Made by a program: the position numbers and the translations under genes | Source: an uncultured virus (IMG/VR IMGVR_UViG_2724679134_000002) | Lineage: Duplodnaviria > Heunggongvirae > Uroviricota > Caudoviricetes | Virus record (IMG/VR): IMGVR_UViG_2724679134_000002 | Length of the DNA stretch: 64,000 bases | Strand: one strand, 5' to 3' | The notes under the pieces: generated by a model | What the model saw: only the letters and a program-made list of their open reading frames with translations | Database searches by the model: none | Told to the model about the DNA's origin: nothing | In this document: one piece after another, positions 40,551 to 49,971 of the stretch | Numbering within the stretch: position 1 is the first letter of the stretch | How the letters are laid out: each line of letters opens with the position of its first letter

Positions 40551-40689
40551 TAATGCGGGCGAGGATTTGCACCTCGCATGGATGACAATTCGCCGACTAT
40601 TAGTCTTCTGTTGAAGGTCTGCCCCGAGATTCCCAAAGGTTAGTCATACCACCTCGGTCTACGCGTTTACCTTTTCCGCCACCGCATTA
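40551..40689 (-). ncRNA. tRNA-like RNA (acceptor, D and T arms) with about 84 nt in place of the anticodon/variable arms
   Basis: TAATGCGG/CCGCATTA closing stem; TG-GCG-GAAAAGGTAAA-CGC D arm; GCGAGG-TGCAAAT-CCTCGC T arm; no anticodon arm, no encoded CCA. Confidence 0.6.
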
Positions 40690-40735
40690 TTTTGCAAGAA
40701 AAGAGGGAGGGAGGTGCTAACCTCCTCTTATAATA

Positions 40736-41011
40736 TTAAGCTTTCACTGCATCTTTAAGAGCCTTAGCAGCCTTAAATGCAGGAGCTTTTGTAGCTGGGA
40801 TATCAATTTCCTCACCTGACTGGGGATTTCTCCCTTTACGTGCTGCACGTTCACGAACTTCAAATGTACCAAAACCAGAAACCTTAATTTCTTCACCTTT
40901 TGACAGTGTTTCTGCAAGGACTTCAAATACTGCTTCCACTTTAGGTGTAGCTTCTTTCTTAGTAACTCCTAATTTATCTGCAACTGCTCCAACTAATTCT
41001 GATTTATTCAT
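40736..41011 (-). CDS. yonN: HU-family histone-like DNA-binding protein
   Basis: MNKSELV..GFGTFEVRERAARKGRNPQSGEEIDIPA..PAFKAAKALKDAVK. Confidence 0.95.
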   Translation of the reverse strand: MNKSELVGAVADKLGVTKKEATPKVEAVFEVLAETLSKGEEIKVSGFGTFEVRERAARKGRNPQSGEEIDIPATKAPAFKAAKALKDAVKA

Positions 41012-41239
41012 GTTTAAATTCCTCCTAGTGATTTTGTTTATTTTTGTGTTAAAGTATAATTACGGTAACGTTTGTACTTTTTTTGAAAAACGGGAGACTT
41101 ACTCGCCCTTTTATGTGGAAATTAGCTTTCTTTCTCCCTTATGACGATTATCTCTTTTTCTATTAAAAATCGCTAAATTCCTTGTCCCGCAAGGGTTTGA
41201 GGTACCTTAGTTTCTGTTGAATTTTATTCATAGGGCCAG

Positions 41240-41261
41240 AAACCCTTATGTACCAAGGGTT
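41240..41261 (-). repeat. 22-bp AACCCTT-N8-AAGGGTT site, exact inverted copy of 47749-47770
   Basis: Reverse complement AACCCTTGGTACATAAGGGTTT is identical to 47749-47770. Confidence 0.85.
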
Positions 41262-41277
41262 CAAGGCACTTTCTAAA

Positions 41278-43794
41278 TTAGGACAGTCTCTGTTTCCTTT
41301 TATTTTCCCTCCATGTTTCTTTAAGTTTTTCTTTAAAACACTTTTCACAAAACTTTTGTCTATTAGAAGTAGGTTTAAACAAAAGAGAACATTCACATCT
41401 CTTCATACCCTTTAAACTAACCTTTAGATTACTAAGCATAACATCACCAAAGCACTCCCATAGTGTGGCTTTAAACTTGCTTTTCTTCATGTAAAGGTGC
41501 TTAACTAACACATCAACTATGTATTGCTCATTATTGTGTACTTTCAGTAAACGATCCTTAATGATCTTATAAACATAAAGCTTTTGACCAGGTTTCATCT
41601 CTTCATCACTATTCATTAACCACTTTTTGTTGCGGTCTAGCCTGGTGTACTCTTTAATTATTGATTCATCTAATCTAGCATTTTTGTTTTTCAACAATAA
41701 CTGATAATCAAAACGACCAGCTACAGACCTGAAGTTAATTCTGTCGGAGGGAATGATTGTTTCTAACCTGTTTACTGTACTGTCATTAAGCTTTTCAACA
41801 TTGTTTTCTTCCTTGTCTTTAGCATTAATGAAGAAATAAGGAACTTTATCCTTTATATAATTCTTGATTGTTTCATCAACATGCTGAGGTCTAGTTGGCA
41901 TGAATAAGGTTTTGGCAAAGTCGATTGTAAAGTTGTTCTCCATACAGAGCCATTTGATAACATCTAAATTCACATTGCCACTGTTCCATATTTTAGTGAT
42001 ATTATTGCTGTATTCACCGATATTAACTCCATAAGCAAGAGTCAAGCTGTCATAAATGTTCTTGCTGTTTATTTCTTGTTTTTGCGCTACAGACATTTCA
42101 TAGTAAAGTGGCACAATGTTCTCCATGTTCCGTTTAGCGATACTCACAATAAGCTCATCCGATATGATTAAAGCTTTGTCACCGTCATTATCAAACTGTA
42201 GAAGCTTTGAGATTGGGTCATGAATACTAGTGTAAACCCCTCTTGTAATGAACCACTTAGCTTTTTCGTCATCTTTTGTATTTGTTCTAACCCCGTGTTC
42301 TCTAAAAAGGTGAGGGGAGCGAAGAATATCAATATCTCCCTTGTCGTATAGGTTACAATAAACATCCATTCCAGTTAATAATCCCTTAGGATTATCGGTT
42401 TTTAAGAAAAGCTTTTCACAAAAAGCGTATAAATCTGGACATAAGTATGTATATTTCGCTCCATCAACACTTAATTTTCCTGAGCGAGCGTCTTTAATCA
42501 TGCTTTTTTTCTTATTCTTGATGGTTTCCTTAGCGTGATCGTCATTTAGTAGCTCTGGATACATCAATAGTGCTTGCTGAAAGGGGGATTTTCGTTTATT
42601 TTCTTCTTTAGCTCCCAATACTTTTAGCATCACTTCTTTGCTTTTTCCTAGTGAAGTAATATCATCAATTGTATTTTGACAAATCTGCTTTAATTCATCC
42701 TCGGAGATATCAACTAATGTCTGAAGCATTTGATAAGTCAGTTTGCCTTCGACAGAAGTATCTTCTTCGTTAAGTTTCGCTCCTGAGCATCCATATTTTT
42801 TATACTTGTCCTGATATTCTTCCCATGAATAATAATACTTCCACATTTTGAACTGACTCTTAGTAAAGATTATTTGAATATCGTCATTTACTACGTCCCA
42901 TTCCTTACCGTAGACATCAGTGACCTTAAAAGAGTTGTTTTCTTCAGCAAATTTACGAAAATCAAACGGAACTAACAATCCTTTGACCCAAGGGAGCCTG
43001 ACCATAAAACTTTTACGGCTTAGGCTTGGAAGAATCATGCCGCAGCCGTCTGTATGTTCAATAGGGATGTCCATTGTTTTACGGGTAATCTCATAAGAAT
43101 CACGGTCAATATAGTCGACAAGACTAGACACATTAGTTTCTAAATCATTAACAACAATTGTTTTATCAATGTCGACTTGCCAAGGGCTACTGGCACTGTT
43201 GGACAAAGCCATATAGCTATTCCATTTGTTTATGCTGCTACCACCTAGAGAGTTGATTTTTTCAACACTTAGTCCGCATGTTAGAGCATTTTGATATTTG
43301 TCATAAGTACTTTTTTTTATAAAGCACGACTTTTTTGTTCTGATTTGGCCGGCACTGCTAGTGAAATAAACATACTTCTCATTGTTATGTATAAAACCTT
43401 TGTCAATTATGTCCTCTAAAACTTGAAAGTGATATGTCTGAACAACCATAATGTCTAGAGAAAGTGTATTTTCTTTGATTCCTAAAGTACGTGTGAGGAC
43501 TGAATCGAATAAAGAAATCACATTATTATCTTTTAAGCAGTCTGACCTGAGTGTTCTTGTTTGATTGTGCTCTTTAAAAGCAAGATAAAGATGTTCTCTA
43601 AGATTGGCTATACGTTGGGTTATGTATTTTTTATGTTTTTTTTGATTGCCTTCAAGTTTTTTGAGGTAATCTCTGTATCTATAAGACTTTAATATCTTGT
43701 TATGTAAGGCGTTTTCTTTATCATTATAAAAAGCTGATGTGTCTACACTGTAAATATGAACTTGTTTTGACAAGCTTTCATTTTTTCCTCTCAA
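41278..43794 (-). CDS. yonO: YonO single-subunit DNA-dependent RNA polymerase
   Basis: 838 aa; HTDGCG, RLPWVKG, RSPH and catalytic QFDNDGD (DxDGD); C-terminal Cys cluster. Confidence 0.95.
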   Translation of the reverse strand: MRGKNESLSKQVHIYSVDTSAFYNDKENALHNKILKSYRYRDYLKKLEGNQKKHKKYITQRIANLREHLYLAFKEHNQTRTLRSDCLKDNNVISLFDSVLTRTLGIKENTLSLDIMVVQTYHFQVLEDIIDKGFIHNNEKYVYFTSSAGQIRTKKSCFIKKSTYDKYQNALTCGLSVEKINSLGGSSINKWNSYMALSNSASSPWQVDIDKTIVVNDLETNVSSLVDYIDRDSYEITRKTMDIPIEHTDGCGMILPSLSRKSFMVRLPWVKGLLVPFDFRKFAEENNSFKVTDVYGKEWDVVNDDIQIIFTKSQFKMWKYYYSWEEYQDKYKKYGCSGAKLNEEDTSVEGKLTYQMLQTLVDISEDELKQICQNTIDDITSLGKSKEVMLKVLGAKEENKRKSPFQQALLMYPELLNDDHAKETIKNKKKSMIKDARSGKLSVDGAKYTYLCPDLYAFCEKLFLKTDNPKGLLTGMDVYCNLYDKGDIDILRSPHLFREHGVRTNTKDDEKAKWFITRGVYTSIHDPISKLLQFDNDGDKALIISDELIVSIAKRNMENIVPLYYEMSVAQKQEINSKNIYDSLTLAYGVNIGEYSNNITKIWNSGNVNLDVIKWLCMENNFTIDFAKTLFMPTRPQHVDETIKNYIKDKVPYFFINAKDKEENNVEKLNDSTVNRLETIIPSDRINFRSVAGRFDYQLLLKNKNARLDESIIKEYTRLDRNKKWLMNSDEEMKPGQKLYVYKIIKDRLLKVHNNEQYIVDVLVKHLYMKKSKFKATLWECFGDVMLSNLKVSLKGMKRCECSLLFKPTSNRQKFCEKCFKEKLKETWRENKRKQRLS

Positions 43795-43846
43795 TAAATT
43801 TCCCCCTGACCACCACTGTCGAAATACTTATATTTCATTTTTATTA

Positions 43847-44026
43847 TTAATAGTTGCTCTTTAAATATTTATAAACGAGCAGTTTGTAAGTACCATTGTC
43901 CTTATTAATTGTGCCAAACAATTTGTAGTCCTCATAAAGCTCTTTTTCATTTTGAGTAGCACTGTTATCATGGACAAGAGTTTCCAAAAATTCAATCACA
44001 TGACTAGTCATATAAGTTTTTCTCAT
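43847..44026 (-). CDS. yonP: Small protein upstream of yonO (59 aa; not in ORF track)
   Basis: MRKTYMTSHVIEFLETLVHDNSATQNEKELYEDYKLFG..; GAGGAGGTG RBS; name is positional. Confidence 0.6.
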   Translation of the reverse strand: MRKTYMTSHVIEFLETLVHDNSATQNEKELYEDYKLFGTINKDNGTYKLLVYKYLKSNY

Positions 44027-44303
44027 TTTACACCTCCTCTATCAATCTGTATTTTTATTATATACTTATATTTTACTTTTGTCTATGGATTTTTGAGCTG
44101 ATTTTAATCCAGCTTAACTAATACAAATATCTCTTTGATATCACACTTCAATATTTCTGCGATTAAGAAGGAAAAAGGGAACACAGAAATTAAAGTGGTG
44201 ATTTTTCAAGAGAGCTACCTATATTGGCTGCTTTTTTATTTTTATCAATATTAATGTAACTTTCCAAATATTTAAACGTTCTAAATTATGAAGGTGGGAT
44301 TCA

Positions 44304-44783
44304 ATGAATAATTTTAAGGTTATTAAAACATTGCTAATAATCATCGCTGCTCTCACTGTAGTGGCTGGATTTGCAATGTACTCTCTAATATCAGGTGAAA
44401 AAGTCAAATATATAGGTTATAGTCAGAAGGAAATTTGGGAAGCTTCAATAGAAAAATCAGACAAGACCTCAATTGGGCCTAATTATTTTTTGAATTTGTA
44501 CTATAAGGGAAACAAAGCAGATGAAAAGAATACGGTAATCAAAAAGTTAACATTATTTATAGATAGTCAAAAATATGACGAAAATGAAGATTATGAGCTT
44601 TCAGAATACACCGGTGAGAAATTAGAAGGTGGAGGAGTAGGAGAAGACCATATACTGACCTTTGAATATATGCCAGAAAATGAAGTGATTGGGCATGAAA
44701 TAACTGTTGAAGTAACATGGAAAACCAATAATAAATCCTATAGAGAGAAATTTAATCTAAAAAGGACGCACTGGTATTTGTGA
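44304..44783 (+). CDS. Hypothetical membrane-anchored or exported protein
   Basis: 159 aa with N-terminal hydrophobic helix; followed by a terminator at about 44789-44818. Confidence 0.7.
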   Translation: MNNFKVIKTLLIIIAALTVVAGFAMYSLISGEKVKYIGYSQKEIWEASIEKSDKTSIGPNYFLNLYYKGNKADEKNTVIKKLTLFIDSQKYDENEDYELSEYTGEKLEGGGVGEDHILTFEYMPENEVIGHEITVEVTWKTNNKSYREKFNLKRTHWYL

Positions 44784-45729
44784 TAATTCAGGGTTACTAA
44801 ATGGTAACTCTTTTTTTATTTTGATTTAAAACAACCCCCGGTAATCGTAATTGGAAAAAGTGCTTATCGTAAATGTGCTTTAGACATGGTTATTTCATTG
44901 ATTTAACAGGGTTTTATGGATGTCTATGGGAATGAAAGGGGATGTGTGATCGTAAAACGTAGATAGGAGAAGGGGAAAGTGTGTGTATTAAGCAAAATCT
45001 GATGAAATAGGGGAGAATGAGGAGTGAAAAAACATTGGTAATATAGGCTTTTACGATAGCGGTTACGATGTGGAGATAGACTGAAATCGAGTAAAGTGAA
45101 AAAATAAGTTGAGTGTGGAAATGGAAGTGCTAGGGGCACATTTGTTCCTGTTTTTTGGCCTTTAGATGTTAATATACCCCCTATATATTGGTAATGAAAT
45201 ACATAGATAATGTACGTTATACCTGCATTTGAGAATTTAGCATGTATTTCAACAGCTTTAACACGATTCCGAATGAAAAACAAGATTTATTTTTAAAATA
45301 TTAATTTGATTTCTAATTTAAAACTGAATAACTATTCATTAAAAAGGGTTCGTATTTATAACAGAAGCGCAGAGTTCGAAGTCTTATCTATAATTTTATC
45401 CTTCTCATCTACACCTATCCCTTTACCTTATCTATTCCTTAACATATATTCTTCCTCGTCTTCTCATGCTTCCCATTCACCCTAATCCTTCATTCAATCC
45501 AATCTCATTCCTCATATCATTCACAGAAGCAATCTAATACCTCTTCACAGTGTCTTATCCTTATCCAAGTATCATAAGTATCATTCAATTTAAATTGTCA
45601 CACAAAGCAACTAAACATCCAATACACTAGCCTATAACCACATACACAAATATAAAAAATAAGTATATTTTATATATACTTATACACTGGAAAATGTTAT
45701 AATAGATATATAGGAAAGGAGGTGCAACA

Positions 45730-45906
45730 GTGCTTGAGAAGATGGGTATAATCGTTGCTAGTCTCATATCATTATCGGTTCTTACAATCAATTGCCTCAC
45801 AATAATTGAGAAGATAAGAAACCTAATGAGTGGGACAAGTAAAAAGAAAAAGCGTACACGCAAGCGTCTCCGACCAAAGAGACAACGCAAACGTATACGC
45901 CGATAA
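45730..45906 (+). CDS. yonT: Type I toxin YonT (58 aa; not in ORF track)
   Basis: GTG after AAAGGAGGTG; MLEKMGIIVASLISLSVLTINCLTIIEKIRNLMSGTSKKKKRTRKRLRPKRQRKRIRR (TM plus basic tail). Confidence 0.9.
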   Translation: MLEKMGIIVASLISLSVLTINCLTIIEKIRNLMSGTSKKKKRTRKRLRPKRQRKRIRR

Positions 45907-45945
45907 TCAAACGCTAAAGGGGAATCAACTTCTCCTTTAGTTACT
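45841..45945 (-). ncRNA. SR6-like antisense antitoxin RNA (ends approximate)
   Basis: Minus-strand TGATATAAT extended -10 at 45952-45960; hairpin 45914-45940; terminator-like hairpin plus T-run inside the yonT 3' end; same layout as SPbeta yonT/SR6/yoyJ. Confidence 0.65.
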
Positions 45946-45959
45946 ACCCATATTATATC

Positions 45960-46175
45960 ATGATCAAGCACAATGTAAACATGAAACGATTCTCGTTATG
46001 GTTCACACATATTGGATTCATTGGCTTATTCTTAATGTTTCAACTCATTAAGGATTATTTCAGCAGCGGAACACAGACACTAATCACGACAACCTTTATA
46101 GTCACATGTATCATTATCATTCTGTTATGGTTCATGTATTTTGTATTCCTTAAGATAAGTAACAAGTCACACTAA
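45960..46175 (+). CDS. yoyJ: YoyJ-like small membrane protein (SR6-regulated in SPbeta)
   Basis: Two TM helices directly downstream of yonT. Confidence 0.7.
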   Translation: MIKHNVNMKRFSLWFTHIGFIGLFLMFQLIKDYFSSGTQTLITTTFIVTCIIIILLWFMYFVFLKISNKSH

Positions 46176-46219
46176 TCATATATGCCTCATGATATACTAA
46201 TTTTATTGAGGTGAGGTGA

Positions 46220-46381
46220 GTGGAGAAAAAGTTCCTGGATGCTATCGAACAGCTTGCCAAGGAATTGGACATGCTCAATAAAGATATTGATTCAATTAAT
46301 GAAACAACTGTTAAGATTGATAAATATCTTTTAAGATTCAAGGAAGAGATAAGTTAAGTTAAACAGGATGATTCTAAATAA
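46220..46381 (+). pseudogene. yonU: yonU-like gene cut short by a TAA at 46355-46357
   Basis: MEKKFLDAIEQLAKELDMLNKDIDSINETTVKIDKYLLRFKEEIS*VKQDDSK*; YonU-like sequence appears to continue past the first stop. Confidence 0.6.
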
Positions 46382-46474
46382 CGAGTTATAACAGTTAAAT
46401 ATCGAATTCTAGATAAGGAGCGGTAAACAGTTATCGTTCCTTTATTTTAAATATAAATAATAAGGGGATAATAA

Positions 46475-47707
46475 GTGAATAAAATTAAAGTTATTGATTC
46501 CATTATGGGATCTGGCAAAACAACATACATTATTAATATGATGAATGAAGCACCAGAACACGAGCATTTTATTTTTATAACACCATATCTAGATGAGGTT
46601 GCACGAATAAAAAAATCCTGCGTGAATAGAAAATTTTACGAACCGAAGATACATAGTGAAGAAGGGGAGACTTTATACAAACTGGATTCATTACATAAGC
46701 ACTTAGCAGAGAATAAGGACATTGTCACAACTCACGCATTATTTAGTATGGCAAACGAGACTACAAAGGAATTAATTTACTCTGGTAACTATACATTAAT
46801 ACTCGATGAAGCTATGGAGGTTGTTAAGAAGTTAAATATATCTAAAGATGATTTAGATATGCTGTTCAAAAATAAATGGATTAAGAATAATAACGGTACA
46901 ATTATTTGGAACGATGAACATGAGGAGAAGCTTAACAGAGAATATAAAGGAGAATTTCAAACGCTTAAGCATTTGGCTAAGAGTAAAAACTTAATCTTGC
47001 ATAATGACTCTGTACTCTTCTGGCAATTTCCATCAGACATATTTACTCAATTTAAAGAAGTCTACAATCTTACATACTTATTTGATGCACAAATACAGAA
47101 GTATTATTATGACATTAATGATATTGATTATGATCTATATGCCGTATTGAAAGATAAAGACAGTTATAAAATTACGCAGCACAGTAGGCATTATGACAAA
47201 GAAACGAAAGACAGAATCAAACACAAAATTAAAATATATGAAGGTGATTTAAATCGAATAGGTGATGATTATTACGCTTTGTCAAAATCTTGGTTTGAAA
47301 AGCGTTCAGTATTACATAAAAGACTGAAGAACAATATTCTAAACTACTATCAAAATATCATTAAGTCTAAATCAAAAGACAATCTATGGACAACATTTAA
47401 ATCTCATAAGAGTAAGTTAAGTGGTAAAGGATATACAAAAGGATTCTTAGCTTGCAATATTAAAGCAACAAATGAATACAGTCATAAAAAATCATTGGTT
47501 TATTCAATTAACAGATTTGTGAACCCTGCTGTAGATGATTATTTCAGATCAAAAGGTGTAAGCATTAATGAAGACAGTTTCGCACTATCTGAGATGATTC
47601 AATGGATATGGAGATCAGCCATTAGAAATAACCAAGCTATCAATATATACGTTCCTTCTTCCCGAATGAGAAATTTATTAAAAGATTGGCTAGAAAATGA
47701 GAGATGA
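46475..47707 (+). CDS. yonV: YonV, superfamily 2 helicase-like P-loop protein
   Basis: 410 aa; DSIMGSGKT Walker A, ILDEA Walker B, EMIQWIWRSAIR motif VI-like. Confidence 0.85.
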   Translation: MNKIKVIDSIMGSGKTTYIINMMNEAPEHEHFIFITPYLDEVARIKKSCVNRKFYEPKIHSEEGETLYKLDSLHKHLAENKDIVTTHALFSMANETTKELIYSGNYTLILDEAMEVVKKLNISKDDLDMLFKNKWIKNNNGTIIWNDEHEEKLNREYKGEFQTLKHLAKSKNLILHNDSVLFWQFPSDIFTQFKEVYNLTYLFDAQIQKYYYDINDIDYDLYAVLKDKDSYKITQHSRHYDKETKDRIKHKIKIYEGDLNRIGDDYYALSKSWFEKRSVLHKRLKNNILNYYQNIIKSKSKDNLWTTFKSHKSKLSGKGYTKGFLACNIKATNEYSHKKSLVYSINRFVNPAVDDYFRSKGVSINEDSFALSEMIQWIWRSAIRNNQAINIYVPSSRMRNLLKDWLENER

Positions 47708-47748
47708 AAACAATATGTATGAAAACAAAAGCAATAAACCGATTTTAA

Positions 47749-47770
47749 AACCCTTGGTACATAAGGGTTT
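47749..47770 (+). repeat. 22-bp AACCCTT-N8-AAGGGTT site, exact inverted copy of 41240-41261
   Basis: AACCCTTGGTACATAAGGGTTT. Confidence 0.85.
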
Positions 47771-47930
47771 AAGAGATGTCTCTCGTAGAAGGAAAGGTGT
47801 TAATTATTTAATAAATAAAATAAGAAAATGGGGGTGCTGCTAATTGTTCAAAACGGTTCGTTCCTCACCTGAACAATTTTTGCTCACACCACCCCCAAAC
47901 CCCCTCATGAGCAACTTATATTCATTGTTC

Positions 47931-48014
47931 AAAAATAAAAAATAAGTATAAATAATGGTTGATTATTTAAACTAATCATGTATAATGAAATTAACAAATA
48001 CAAAATATAAGTAT
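47931..48014 (+). promoter_or_regulatory. sigA-like promoter bracketed by two AAAWAYAAAAWATAAGTAT boxes
   Basis: TTGATT at 47959, TATAAT at 47981; boxes at 47931-47949 and 47996-48014. Confidence 0.7.
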
Positions 48015-48043
48015 ATAAAAACAAGTGAATGGAGAGGTTGAAA

Positions 48044-49915
48044 ATGGCAGCTGTTTTAAGAGTTAATGAAGAGTTAAACGGGATTGAGCTTTATTTTGAA
48101 AGCAAACCAGAACAAGAGGTGTTAACTCATCTTAAATCAAACGGTTTTCGATACTCCGGATTCAAAAAATGCTGGTGGAGCAAGCGGACAGAAAAATCAA
48201 TGCAGGTCGCTAATGGTGTTACTGAACAAGAAATCTCATCTTCTAAAACAATCACTAAAACCAAAAAGAAAGATAAAAGTGTAAAAATGAGTCTGTGGGA
48301 TGCAACACAATGGAGTGAGTTAGAAGTCAATAAAGAACAAGAAGTGAAAGAAATGGCAAAGGAAATAAGAAAGCATTTGAGACAACGTTTCCCACAATGC
48401 AAATTCTCTGTTACTACTGGGGGAAGCTATTTACATAGCACTATTAACATCAAAATCAAATCAAGTCCTTATGAAAAAGGCTCAGCTTATTTGACTGCGA
48501 TTTATGATTATTGCAACAGTCTTTTAAACAATTATCGCCATTGCTACAGCCCAGCAGATCCATACACTGATTACGCAGGCAGTTACAACTTTTATGGTCA
48601 TGTTTCATTAGACTGGGAATACATAGTGACAGAACAAACAGAAGAAATTAAAGAAGATATGACACTGTTTGATTCAAAGATGGAAGAATTCGAAGAAGCC
48701 GAGAAAGCGAGAAAAGAAAAAGAACTTCAGGAATATTTAAAAGAGCAAGAGCTCAAAAATGCTGAATATAAGAGACAGCAACAAGAAGAAAAGAAACAAG
48801 TCGAAAATATCTATAGTAGCATTGTAGTAAAACAATTGAACGAAGATCAGCAGTATTTTGTTATTGATGCACAGTTTGCCAACTTAAACAAACATCAAAC
48901 ACTTGATCAATATGAAGACGAGGTTACTAAAGGTGACTACAGACTTGAAAATGTAAAAATTACAAAAGAAGTGCATTTCAATACTGAAGAAGCGTTAAAC
49001 AACTTTTCTAACATGCTTTTAAATGATTTTGATTTTCTTGCGGAAACCGGTGGAAGCTTTACGGAAGACAACAGAATCAACTCAATGATTGATTATTACA
49101 ATATGGACGATTTAGAAAAGAACACAGTTAAATGGAATTTATATGGCGTAGGAGTGTACTACGGCGGGAAATTGCAATTTATTGTAGACGCTCAAGGCTA
49201 TTCTTATGCGAGATATGTTGGCTTAGTGGATAATGCCAAAATTGAAAAGTCGATTTCTCATAAACAAGCGTTAAAGGAAGGAGAATTAGAGGAGTTAAAA
49301 TATCAAGCAGACGTGTTAGAAGATATTTCAACTTCGGTCATTGAAGAATTAAATATATTTGAGACTTGGAAAAAGGCAGACTGGAACAAATACAAATCTT
49401 TATTTAAAGAAAAGTTAAAAATAAAAAGTTTGAAGTTGAAGAAAGAAATTATCCAACAGGTATATCTGGAAGAATTGAAAATTTCTTTATACAGAATTCT
49501 CCATGAAGTTGACAGCATTCAAGAACAATTTAAAAATACTGATTTTGAAAAAGGTGAAAAATATACTCTGTTTTACATATCTGATCTTGGATCTTTAATT
49601 ACTGAAAGAATAACGTATGACAGTTACCGGCCCACTAAATATGCTCAATACGATAATGCAGTCAAGTTGACATACCGGCCTGAAAATAAAAGAAAGCTAT
49701 ATTACAGACACTTCTATTCAGAATTGCTGATGTTCAAAGGCTGGCACTCGCTGCCGGAAACAGTATTGAATAATGTAGAGGTTACACCAGGTGGGGTGAA
49801 AATAATTCACAGTAAGTACCACTCTTGTGACAAAAGACAATTTGATGAGGTTTTAGGTTACTTAAATAAAAAAAGCTTCAAACCAATAATCAACACATAC
49901 AAGCCTAATTTATAA
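48044..49915 (+). CDS. Multidomain protein with an LPD29-like (large polyvalent protein) domain, YonX position
   Basis: NEELNGIELYFESKP..LKSNGFRYS..WW domain and AKEIRKHLRQRFPQCKFSV motif; ATG 48044 after GGAGAGG. Confidence 0.72.
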   Translation: MAAVLRVNEELNGIELYFESKPEQEVLTHLKSNGFRYSGFKKCWWSKRTEKSMQVANGVTEQEISSSKTITKTKKKDKSVKMSLWDATQWSELEVNKEQEVKEMAKEIRKHLRQRFPQCKFSVTTGGSYLHSTINIKIKSSPYEKGSAYLTAIYDYCNSLLNNYRHCYSPADPYTDYAGSYNFYGHVSLDWEYIVTEQTEEIKEDMTLFDSKMEEFEEAEKARKEKELQEYLKEQELKNAEYKRQQQEEKKQVENIYSSIVVKQLNEDQQYFVIDAQFANLNKHQTLDQYEDEVTKGDYRLENVKITKEVHFNTEEALNNFSNMLLNDFDFLAETGGSFTEDNRINSMIDYYNMDDLEKNTVKWNLYGVGVYYGGKLQFIVDAQGYSYARYVGLVDNAKIEKSISHKQALKEGELEELKYQADVLEDISTSVIEELNIFETWKKADWNKYKSLFKEKLKIKSLKLKKEIIQQVYLEELKISLYRILHEVDSIQEQFKNTDFEKGEKYTLFYISDLGSLITERITYDSYRPTKYAQYDNAVKLTYRPENKRKLYYRHFYSELLMFKGWHSLPETVLNNVEVTPGGVKIIHSKYHSCDKRQFDEVLGYLNKKSFKPIINTYKPNL

Positions 49916-49971
49916 ACTAATAGGGGATGGGAAAACATCTCATTCCCTAAGCCAAAAAGGGGGAACAAAAA

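Larger units (their letters stand above)
39185..40700 (-). ncRNA. Putative cluster of structured non-coding RNAs (or one large RNA)
   Basis: About 1.5 kb with no credible CDS, densely tiled with inverted repeats, multibranch folds, covarying tandem repeats and a tRNA-like element; strand inferred from flanking genes and the tRNA-like module. Confidence 0.6.

Noticed and set aside
40551..40689. Canonical tRNA or tmRNA gene
   Set aside because: No anticodon arm, non-canonical stem lengths and T-loop, no CCA, and too short for tmRNA with no tag ORF; kept only as tRNA-like.
39185..40700. Group I/II intron or hammerhead ribozyme
   Set aside because: No interrupted gene flanks the region and I could not recognise the catalytic core motifs by eye; an Rfam search would be decisive.
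44924..45283. 119-aa minus-strand ORF
   Set aside because: Falls in the low-complexity skewed region, has no clear RBS and has an unnatural composition.
45627..45971. 114-aa minus-strand ORF
   Set aside because: Antisense shadow of yonT and SR6.
46150..46341. 63-aa minus-strand ORF
   Set aside because: Antisense to the yonU-like gene, which has a good RBS.
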